Of a stretch of DNA of 64,000 bases, positions 26,251 through 35,606 are shown in pieces; positions within the stretch are counted from its first letter, which is position 1; each line of letters starts with the position of its first letter. The stretch covers positions 216,752,001 through 216,816,000 of the forward strand of contig OZ024741.1 in assembly GCA_964016885.1 (NCBI GenBank). The letters are read 5' to 3'. The notes beneath the pieces were generated by a model that ran no database searches, was not told where the DNA came from, and saw nothing but the letters and a program-made list of their open reading frames with translations. Origin of the DNA: Eledone cirrhosa (Eukaryota). The translations under genes and the position numbers were made by a program.

Positions 26251-26253
<3 letters not shown>
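26053..26253 (+). mobile_element. Second palindrome-plus-tail element
   Basis: Arms 26053-26178 with a short spacer; same tail as 20691-20769. Confidence 0.85.
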
Positions 26254-26306
<53 letters not shown>

Positions 26307-26312
<6 letters not shown>

Positions 26313-27105
26313 ATACTTTGGGAGGGTCATGTTGCCAATAAGAAACACACGCACCAGTTGCTTTCACTCCAATTTATTATAAGTTAAATTTATAAATTTA
26401 AGAATTTATAAATTTATAAATTTCCGGTTGGTTGGTTGGTTCCACAACCGGACGGTTGTTCATATATTGTCAAAGTTCTTTCGTCACACATTCTGTGACC
26501 TCTTCAGTGACTGGGGATTCTTTTCTTTGTTTTTGTGCCTCTCCTTTGTTCTGTCCTACGCCATCTTGTTTTTGTGTGTGTTGTGTGCTTAGCTTGCGCA
26601 TGTGTTACATCCGGGTGTCTGTGTGTGTTTATATTTGTTTATTTATTTGTTTATTTACATGTTACTGGTTGGTTGATTGTTCTATGTGTGTGTGTGTTTT
26701 CATTTTGTCCTTAATTGTAAGTTGTGATGTTGCTATTCCATTCATGTTTTCTACTTAATTTTGGTTGGAGTTCATTTATGTTTATTGCCTCTGTGATTTG
26801 TCTAAACATTGCGTTTTTTCTGTGTGTAGATTCTATTTTTATTTCTATGTTTTCTATTCTTATGTTCTATTTTAGCATGTTGGTGGAGTACTGTTGATTC
26901 TTTTCTATCTTGAAGCTCTCGCCAGTGCCGGAAATTTATAAATTTTTAAATTCTTAAATTTATAAATTTAACTTATAATAAATAGAATGAAAGCAACTGG
27001 TGCGTGTGTTTCTTATTGGCAACATGACCCTCCCAAAGCATAACAATATCGGTTTCAACACACGTTTTCAAATAAAGAATCTTGCTAAACAAATTCAGAA
27101 ACGAA
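26307..27105 (-). mobile_element. Truncated PLE (same family as 822-1725) with ~120-bp inverted arms; HHR at 26469-26511
   Basis: 26307-26427 inverted at 26928-27047; GTCA-CTGAAGA-..-GAAA-GAAC-TT-TGAC. Confidence 0.85.
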
Positions 27106-27141
27106 ATATATATATATATATATAATATATATATATAAATA

Positions 27142-27339
<198 letters not shown>

Positions 27340-27346
27340 CATATAC

Positions 27347-27430
<84 letters not shown>

Positions 27431-28115
27431 TCTTTTACTCTTACCTGTTTCAACCATCCGGCTGAGGCCCCCCTCATACTTATCGCTGTCAATACGTCTC
27501 CCTTTTGCCTTTGTTGTTGACTTTGTATATTTTTTGTTCTTATTCATTTATTTATTTATTACTGCATGTATATGTATGTATATGTATTTATGTTCCTGTC
27601 TGTAATCGCTAATACGCTTATGTTATAAAGTATACGTCTTCTTACCTTTTAAGTATATGTGCGTGGTTTAGTGCGTCTGCTTACGTTCTGGATATTTATT
27701 GTTTTTTATTTCTATTTTTTTTTATACCTTTCTTTTTCGTCCGTTTGTTTCTCACCCTCACTTCATATTTCTTAAATATTTTTGTTTTTAAATCCATCAT
27801 TATCTATAAAAGGCATCGTTCATTTGTCAGTGTTGAACAAAAGGGCAACGATGGTTGCCGAACACTGTACGGCTTAATTCGGGCTGTTTGTTTACAAACA
27901 AACCGAACATTATAATAAATGTTCGGTAAACCCATACGTACATATATATATATATGTGTGCATGTATGTATGTATATACATACTACTGTACGTCTGTATA
28001 CATATATGTATGTACGTATACATACATATATATATATATATATATATTTATTTATACATATATATATATGTGTACACATATTTATATATATATAATAACA
28101 GAACACACTCACTGT

Positions 28116-28164
<49 letters not shown>

Positions 28165-28166
<2 letters not shown>

Positions 28167-28368
28167 AAATTAGAAATTATAAGCTTTCACCGTACATGTA
28201 CGGCAACACTCATCTTTTTCCATTTCTCCGAGGGTTATAAACCCCACTATCAGGCTAGAAATTTCTTTAGTCTAAAATACGGTGAAAGCGTATAATTTCT
28301 AATTTCTAATTTCAAACTTGCGCACCGTTTCAAAAACATACTTACATGTTTACATTTATAATTTGCTT

Positions 28369-28370
<2 letters not shown>
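28165..28370. repeat. Small fold-back element with 30-bp inverted arms in (TA)n
   Basis: 28165-28194 pairs with 28278-28307. Confidence 0.65.
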
Positions 28371-28399
<29 letters not shown>

Positions 28400-28411
<12 letters not shown>

Positions 28412-28504
28412 TCTTTTTCTCTATCTCTATTTCTCTCTCTCTCTCTCTCTATCGCTATCTCTTTCTCTCTCTTTCTCTCTCTATATATATATATCTATCT
28501 CTCG

Positions 28505-28590
<86 letters not shown>

Positions 28591-28837
28591 TACTCTTACC
28601 CCTCTCACGCCATTCCCTCAAACTCTCTTCCATTCCTTTCTGCTTTTTTGTCCTCTCCCTCCTCTCTTTCATCTCTTACGCATCTCCCTCTCTTTTCTCT
28701 CCCCCTTTTTTCCGTGACTCCTGTCCCTCTCGTGTCACCCATTTCATTCATCCCTCGCACCCACTCCTCCCCTCTGCACTCCTACCTCAGAAACCTTTCT
28801 CTCCCTGTCACCCCACTATCTTCTCTCCAACATACAA

Positions 28838-28871
<34 letters not shown>

Positions 28872-29070
28872 ACTCCCTTTCTACCCCTCCCGCTCTCATC
28901 CCACTCCCACCCTCCTCTCATCCCTTTCTCTTCCCTTTCTAAATCTCTCCCTCCCCTCTCTCATCCCATTATCCCCATCCCACCCTCCTCTCTCACTCCC
29001 TCCCCTCTCTTTCACCATTATCCCCACCCCCACCCTCACCCCTATCTCACTCCTCTCATCCTTCTTATCT
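28400..29070 (+). repeat. (CT)n and CT-rich polypyrimidine low-complexity tract
   Basis: Direct reading. Confidence 0.9.
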
Positions 29071-29248
29071 GCAAAATCGTGAAGTAGATAACAGACCCGG
29101 CAGCCCTATACCTAACAATAGGATATTCAGGTGACTGAATTACTGACGTAATTAAAGAACATTTAAATAATGACGTCTTTTTGTCCTTCCTTCTCTTGTC
29201 TCCGGGATAATCAGTTTGTCACAGCGATAGATGATGTGGCATTTTCTT

Positions 29249-29319
<71 letters not shown>

Positions 29320-29433
29320 TAAGAGGAATTCCAACTTTGTCTGATTTACTCGTTTTATTTACAATCCTTTAAAATATATATAATGGTATTATAATGAAAT
29401 AGTATGATAGAATATTAAATTCTAAGTGTTAAT

Positions 29434-29472
29434 TGAACAAGTACTTTCATGCTTTCGCAATCTTCAGGTTCA
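29434..29472 (-). ncRNA. pLTR minimal hammerhead ribozyme
   Basis: TGAAC-CTGAAGA-TTGC GAAA GCAT-GAAA-GTAC-TT-GTTCA. Confidence 0.85.
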
Positions 29473-29847
29473 TGATATGTGGTGACAGTCGAGTTTGCAA
29501 TTTTCAACTGTAATGAGATGGGTAAATTTCCTACCTTTTATACATTTTATACAGAGAAAAGTGGCTCCAGAATGCAAAGCCCTGTAAACTGTATTTCGAC
29601 CAATCAGTGTGTAGTTTCACTGAATTACTACAGCTGATTGGTTTAAGCGTCACGGCTGGTTGAGCATGCTAACGACCAATAGTCATATCCAACGTATCAA
29701 TTGTTTTGCTTTTTTGAAATGATGAAAATAGCATTTTCTATTAATCATCACCATCAACATCACTTTTATTATTATTATTATTGTTGTTGTTGTTGTTGTT
29801 AGTGGTCGTGGTCATAGTGGTAGTAGAAGTAATACCCCTAGGCGTTA

Positions 29848-32034
29848 TTATTGTTCATTTAGCTTGGGTTTGAATTTATCAATAAAATTCTTTTCTTTGA
29901 TTTTTCTCTTGATTTCATTTGGGCTGTGTAATTTGTAGAATGGGAATATTATAAATATTCCCTGACCACATGTTGCCAGGTGGCCGCTTAGGGGTATCTG
30001 ACGGACATTTGGGTCTCTGATTTGTTGACGGTGTACCCGTGCACGTTCCGATAGTGCATTTCCAGTTTGACCGACATATAGTTCTTCACAATTCGGGCAT
30101 TTAATGCAGTAAATTAGATTTCTGCTTTTGCAGTTCATATTTGCATTTGTGAATATTTTTCCAGTTTTTGTTTTCATATATTGACCGGCGTGTATGGATT
30201 GACATGTGCCGCATCGATTATCATTGCATTTAGATACAGTGAATGATTGGTCTTTGTTGTTAAGGTCAAACTTTGCTTTTGTTAGCAATTGCTTCAAATT
30301 TTTTGGCTGTCTTTTACTAAGAGTCAAAGATCGATCTGTGATTAAGCCTTTTAATTCATTACTTTGAGCAATGATCGGTAGGTTTGCTTTGGCAGTGTTG
30401 AAGATATTCTGGTGACATGGGTTGTGTGTCATTATAAATGGTATGACCAGTTCTTGGTTTCTTCTTCTTTGGGTTGTTCTAAGTTGTTGTATAGGTATTT
30501 TTATAGCCCGCTGTATGCCATTTTCTATAAGTAGAGATGGGTATTTTTGTTTGAGCAAAAATTCTCTTAGTTCTGTTAGGCGTTTGTACCTGGTATTCGT
30601 ATCTTCTACAATGGTACAAATTCTTCTGGCTAGGCAGTATGGGATGTTGCGTTTTGCATGAGGTGGATGGCACGACTTAAAATTCAGATATTGATGGGTG
30701 TCTGTGTGTTTATAATATATATCCGTGGTAATGGTGGTGTCGTTTTTGATTATCATTATATCTAGGAATGGTAATTTGGTCCTACTCATCTCTTTTGTGA
30801 ATTGGAGAGATGGGTGTAGGTTATTCAGGAGGATATTGAACTCATCCAGAGTATCTAAAGATTCTGTCCAGATGATGAAACAGTCGTCAAGGTATCTCTT
30901 CCAAGATTTTTCAATGTACTTTCTAAAGTCAGTACTATATTTTTCCTCTATTTCTTGGTAGAGCTGTTGTTCTAAGTATCCCATTACAGAGTTCGCGTAA
31001 ACGGGAGCAAACTTCGTTCCCATCGCTGTGCCTCTAATTTGGATGTAATTCTTTCCATTGAAGAAGAAAGTGTTGTTTTCCAGAATAAGTTTAACTGCGT
31101 CTAATATAAATGGCGCTGTGAATCTAATGGGAATCACTTCTCTATGTTTTTCCACCCAGTATTTAACCGCCTTTATTCCTAAATCATGTGTAATGTTGGT
31201 GTAAAGGCTTACCACATCAAAACTGAGTAGAAGTGAATTCGTTTCCGTGGTTTTGGGAAGATGGGACAGGAAGTCGATATCATCCCGGATGAAACTGGGT
31301 ATGTGAATACATAGTGGTTTCAAAATAATGTCAACAAAATTGCTTAGACGGTGAGTGGGGCATGTTGGACCAGCTATAATAGGTCTAAGTTTTAAGTCTT
31401 TTGGGTGTAATAATTTAATGTACTCACTGTTTTGTTCTCTTACTGCCAGTTGTATTTCTTTTGACTTGTGAACTTTCGGTAGGCCATACAGGTTGCTGGG
31501 TTTCGGCTCAAAATTGGTGATGTAGTCTCTTTCCTTATCAGTAAATGAGTTGTGGTATTTTGAAGCCAGGTTGTTGATCTTCTTCATGATGTTGTGGTCT
31601 ATATTTGACGGTATTTCATGATAGAATGTTGTGTCTTTCAGTTGTTCCTCAACCAAATCCTTGTAGTATTCAGTATCCATTATAACAACTGCACCCCCTT
31701 TATCTGCTTGTTTAATTATTATTGTTTTATCATTTTGTATACGTTTAAGTGCAGACATTTCTGATTTGTTAATGTTTGGCCTAACATTAGTATTATGTCT
31801 AAGAGGAAATTTAGACAGGATGTCAATGTATTGGTCGAGATAGATATTTCTTCCTTTTGGCGGAGTGAAATTTGATTTATTCTTTACTAGTGATTCATCA
31901 CTCTCATTATTTTTATCAGCGAAGAATTCTACAAGACGTAATTTTCGACAGAATTCTTGGGTATCCTCCTTCAGTTCTTGGTGGTTGACTGTTGGAGTCG
32001 GTGTGAATTTCAGTCCTTTTGACAGAATTTGCAT
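29848..32034 (-). CDS. PLE ORF2: reverse transcriptase + GIY-YIG endonuclease (frame open upstream to 32175)
   Basis: KQADKGGAVV, LYGLPKVHK, FDVVSLYTNI, GTAMGTKFAP, RYLDD, LPFLD, CxxxxCxxC, LIYCIKC..LYVGQT. Confidence 0.97.
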   Translation of the reverse strand: MQILSKGLKFTPTPTVNHQELKEDTQEFCRKLRLVEFFADKNNESDESLVKNKSNFTPPKGRNIYLDQYIDILSKFPLRHNTNVRPNINKSEMSALKRIQNDKTIIIKQADKGGAVVIMDTEYYKDLVEEQLKDTTFYHEIPSNIDHNIMKKINNLASKYHNSFTDKERDYITNFEPKPSNLYGLPKVHKSKEIQLAVREQNSEYIKLLHPKDLKLRPIIAGPTCPTHRLSNFVDIILKPLCIHIPSFIRDDIDFLSHLPKTTETNSLLLSFDVVSLYTNITHDLGIKAVKYWVEKHREVIPIRFTAPFILDAVKLILENNTFFFNGKNYIQIRGTAMGTKFAPVYANSVMGYLEQQLYQEIEEKYSTDFRKYIEKSWKRYLDDCFIIWTESLDTLDEFNILLNNLHPSLQFTKEMSRTKLPFLDIMIIKNDTTITTDIYYKHTDTHQYLNFKSCHPPHAKRNIPYCLARRICTIVEDTNTRYKRLTELREFLLKQKYPSLLIENGIQRAIKIPIQQLRTTQRRRNQELVIPFIMTHNPCHQNIFNTAKANLPIIAQSNELKGLITDRSLTLSKRQPKNLKQLLTKAKFDLNNKDQSFTVSKCNDNRCGTCQSIHAGQYMKTKTGKIFTNANMNCKSRNLIYCIKCPNCEELYVGQTGNALSERARVHRQQIRDPNVRQIPLSGHLATCGQGIFIIFPFYKLHSPNEIKRKIKEKNFIDKFKPKLNEQ

Positions 32035-32081
32035 TTCATCATTGTCAAGATCTCTTTTAGATAAATTAATTATTTTAGGAT

Positions 32082-33431
32082 CTACGTGTACAGCTGTTTT
32101 GGGTATGTTTCCTCCTGGAGTTTTTCTTTTTCCGGTTTTTGTTGTCCTGACGTTAAAAAATGAATTTTTCTCTGTTCAGGATTTATATTCCTGTTGGTGT
32201 TCGCTTGATGAACTTTTGGTCGTGATATTATATTTGGTTTCGTTATGTATTTTGTCCTATTTTTGGTATTCTGTATATTATTTTTCTTCCTGTTAGCATT
32301 ATTTTTAACAATCTGGGAAAATGACCTAGGTTTGCTTTCAGGTTTAGATCGTTTTTTCGTCCAGTTTCTTGTGGGCAATCTCTGTTGAGATCTTGAGAGT
32401 GATCTGGTTATTCTACGTTTTGTTTCCACATTCCTTGTTGGTAGTCTCTGTTGAGATCTTGAGAATGATCTCCTGGTTTTACTACTTCTCATGGTCTGGT
32501 CAAAGGAATACCTATCGTGTTTGTGCTTTTTGTTCATGTTGTGTGCGATAGGGTGTTTTTGTAGAAAAAGCGAAGAGTTATTACCGTAGTTCTTCTTTGA
32601 TTCAAGGTAAGGTGAGTGTTTGTGTTGGCACGTGTTCTGGCGTATGTTGTGTTGATGAGATTGTCCACTTTTAATGCTTTTTCTCAGGGTTCCAGAGTCT
32701 TTACCGTAATTTGCAGCATATTCATCGAGAAATAATTGTTTCTGCTGCCATACCTTTCTTGATTTGTTTTCTTCTTTTGAGATATCTCCGATCCATAGTT
32801 CTCGTAGTTTTTCAGCTATAATACCAGTCGTTAGCTTTGAAATTTCAACTTCAATTTGGTCATCAATAGCTTCATATTTGGCTTTGTAGCGGGATTGTTT
32901 ACATTCAGAAATGGAGATGTCGGTCCTGAATTTTGTCAATGTAAGTTCCCATCGGAGTTTTGTTTCTTCTTCTGGTTCTCCTGCAATTTCTGTAATTAGG
33001 TATTTACGAGGGAGTATGGGTGCCGTTAGAGAGAGCCATTTCGAATGTGTTTCGACATATTTTTCGCATCTGTATGCTTTCCAGAAATTTTGTTTTCTTA
33101 TGTTAAGGAATTTTTTCCATGTCTTCCACATTTCTTTTCTTATTCGATGTGTTTTGTTTTCCAAATTTCTTTCGTTTATTTCTGACATCCAAGGGGGTTG
33201 TGGTAGGCTTTCTCTTGTATCTTTGATAACTGTTGGTATAATTTCAGCTAAATTCTTAATTTCAGAGTTTATATGTTCAGTTATAAGTTTTCCGTCTGTA
33301 GATTGTTTTTCTATTTCCTTTAAAATAGAGGATTGTGTGTCCATCATCGTGATAAGTGTTGATAATTTCGATGATATCTCCTTTAGAATTCTTTCTGATT
33401 CTGTTGGTTTCATTTGTTGCTTTCCAGACAT
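32082..33431 (-). CDS. PLE ORF1 (449 aa, coiled-coil + basic tail)
   Basis: Same protein as 34210-35559; real ATG at 33431. Confidence 0.85.
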   Translation of the reverse strand: MSGKQQMKPTESERILKEISSKLSTLITMMDTQSSILKEIEKQSTDGKLITEHINSEIKNLAEIIPTVIKDTRESLPQPPWMSEINERNLENKTHRIRKEMWKTWKKFLNIRKQNFWKAYRCEKYVETHSKWLSLTAPILPRKYLITEIAGEPEEETKLRWELTLTKFRTDISISECKQSRYKAKYEAIDDQIEVEISKLTTGIIAEKLRELWIGDISKEENKSRKVWQQKQLFLDEYAANYGKDSGTLRKSIKSGQSHQHNIRQNTCQHKHSPYLESKKNYGNNSSLFLQKHPIAHNMNKKHKHDRYSFDQTMRSSKTRRSFSRSQQRLPTRNVETKRRITRSLSRSQQRLPTRNWTKKRSKPESKPRSFSQIVKNNANRKKNNIQNTKNRTKYITKPNIISRPKVHQANTNRNINPEQRKIHFLTSGQQKPEKEKLQEETYPKQLYT

Positions 33432-33754
33432 GTTGGCATATACACAATAGGAATATATATATAGAGTATATATATATATAGAATATATATATAGAATATA
33501 TATATATATACACAGCCCAAATGAAATCAAGAGAAAAATCAAAGAAAAGAATTTTATTGATAAATTCAAACCCAAGCTAAATGAACAATAATAACGCCTA
33601 GGGGTATTACTTCTACTACCACTATGACCACGACCACTAACAACAACAACAACAACAATAATAATAATAATAAAAGTGATGTTGATGGTGATGATTAATA
33701 GAAAATGCTATTTTCATCATTTCAAAAAAGCAAAACAATTGATACGTTGGATAT

Positions 33755-33905
33755 GACTATTGGTCGTTAGCATGCTCAACCAGCCGTGACGCTTAAACCA
33801 ATCAGCTGTAGTAATTCAGTGAAACTACACACTGATTGGTCGAAATACAGTTTACAGGGCTTTGCATTCTGGAGCCACTTTTCTCTGTATAAAATGTATA
33901 AAAGG
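33755..33905. promoter_or_regulatory. Putative pLTR promoter: three CCAAT boxes and TATA-like motifs
   Basis: ATTGG (~33759), CCAAT (~33798), ATTGG (~33835); TATAAAA twice at ~33888-33904. Confidence 0.4.
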
Positions 33906-33966
33906 TAGGAAATTTACCCATCTCATTACAGTTGAAAATTGCAAACTCGACTGTCACCACATATCA

Positions 33967-34005
33967 TGAACCTGAAGATTGCGAAAGCATGAAAGTACTT
34001 GTTCA
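33967..34005 (+). ncRNA. pLTR minimal hammerhead ribozyme
   Basis: Stem I TGAAC/GTTCA, core CTGAAGA + GAAA, GNRA-capped stem II, palindromic stem III GTAC, CUU cleavage site after 34000. Confidence 0.85.
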
Positions 34006-34209
34006 ATTAACACTTAGAATTTAATATTCTATCATACTATTTCATTATAATACCATTATATATATTTTAAAGGATTGTAAATAAAACGAGTAAATCAGAC
34101 AAAGTTGGAATTCCTCTTATTAATATAATCTTCTATACACAATCATACACACCCGTGTATATTTACCTATCTATATCTATATATATATTCCTATTGTGTA
34201 TATGCCAAC

Positions 34210-35559
34210 ATGTCTGGAAAGCAACAAATGAAACCAACAGAATCAGAAAGAATTCTAAAGGAGATATCATCGAAATTATCAACACTTATCACGATGATGG
34301 ACACACAATCCTCTATTTTAAAGGAAATAGAAAAACAATCTACAGACGGAAAACTTATAACTGAACATATAAACTCTGAAATTAAGAATTTAGCTGAAAT
34401 TATACCAACAGTTATCAAAGATACAAGAGAAAGCCTACCACAACCCCCTTGGATGTCAGAAATAAACGAAAGAAATTTGGAAAACAAAACACATCGAATA
34501 AGAAAAGAAATGTGGAAGACATGGAAAAAATTCCTTAACATAAGAAAACAAAATTTCTGGAAAGCATACAGATGCGAAAAATATGTCGAAACACATTCGA
34601 AATGGCTCTCTCTAACGGCACCCATACTCCCTCGTAAATACCTAATTACAGAAATTGCAGGAGAACCAGAAGAAGAAACAAAACTCCGATGGGAACTTAC
34701 ATTGACAAAATTCAGGACCGACATCTCCATTTCTGAATGTAAACAATCCCGCTACAAAGCCAAATATGAAGCTATTGATGACCAAATTGAAGTTGAAATT
34801 TCAAAGCTAACGACTGGTATTATAGCTGAAAAACTACGAGAACTATGGATCGGAGATATCTCAAAAGAAGAAAACAAATCAAGAAAGGTATGGCAGCAGA
34901 AACAATTATTTCTCGATGAATATGCTGCAAATTACGGTAAAGACTCTGGAACCCTGAGAAAAAGCATTAAAAGTGGACAATCTCATCAACACAACATACG
35001 CCAGAACACGTGCCAACACAAACACTCACCTTACCTTGAATCAAAGAAGAACTACGGTAATAACTCTTCGCTTTTTCTACAAAAACACCCTATCGCACAC
35101 AACATGAACAAAAAGCACAAACACGATAGGTATTCCTTTGACCAGACCATGAGAAGTAGTAAAACCAGGAGATCATTCTCAAGATCTCAACAGAGACTAC
35201 CAACAAGGAATGTGGAAACAAAACGTAGAATAACCAGATCACTCTCAAGATCTCAACAGAGATTGCCCACAAGAAACTGGACGAAAAAACGATCTAAACC
35301 TGAAAGCAAACCTAGGTCATTTTCCCAGATTGTTAAAAATAATGCTAACAGGAAGAAAAATAATATACAGAATACCAAAAATAGGACAAAATACATAACG
35401 AAACCAAATATAATATCACGACCAAAAGTTCATCAAGCGAACACCAACAGGAATATAAATCCTGAACAGAGAAAAATTCATTTTTTAACGTCAGGACAAC
35501 AAAAACCGGAAAAAGAAAAACTCCAGGAGGAAACATACCCAAAACAGCTGTACACGTAG
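34210..35559 (+). CDS. PLE ORF1 (449 aa): heptad-like N-terminus, Trp-rich helical core, K/R/S/N-rich C-terminus
   Basis: 1350-nt stop-free ORF with ATG in good context (CCAACATG) directly after the pLTR. Confidence 0.85.
   Translation: MSGKQQMKPTESERILKEISSKLSTLITMMDTQSSILKEIEKQSTDGKLITEHINSEIKNLAEIIPTVIKDTRESLPQPPWMSEINERNLENKTHRIRKEMWKTWKKFLNIRKQNFWKAYRCEKYVETHSKWLSLTAPILPRKYLITEIAGEPEEETKLRWELTLTKFRTDISISECKQSRYKAKYEAIDDQIEVEISKLTTGIIAEKLRELWIGDISKEENKSRKVWQQKQLFLDEYAANYGKDSGTLRKSIKSGQSHQHNIRQNTCQHKHSPYLESKKNYGNNSSLFLQKHPIAHNMNKKHKHDRYSFDQTMRSSKTRRSFSRSQQRLPTRNVETKRRITRSLSRSQQRLPTRNWTKKRSKPESKPRSFSQIVKNNANRKKNNIQNTKNRTKYITKPNIISRPKVHQANTNRNINPEQRKIHFLTSGQQKPEKEKLQEETYPKQLYT
35481..35487 (+). 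other. Candidate -1 ribosomal frameshift slippery site T_TTT_TTA (mirror copy 32154-32160)
   Basis: Correct phase in ORF1 (caT TTT TTA); -1 frame is open from 35466 to 37793. Confidence 0.65.
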
Positions 35560-35606
35560 ATCCTAAAATAATTAATTTATCTAAAAGAGATCTTGACAAT
35601 GATGAA

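Larger units (their letters stand above)
33509..34188 (+). repeat. Central pseudo-LTR (last ~80 nt of ORF2 + 3' UTR)
   Basis: Direct repeat of 37711-38390 at offset 4202. Confidence 0.95.

Noticed and set aside
33432-33575. 48-aa N-terminal extension of minus-strand ORF1 (497 aa)
   Set aside because: Starts at TTG in antisense pLTR and crosses the TA junction; the plus copy shows the ATG start
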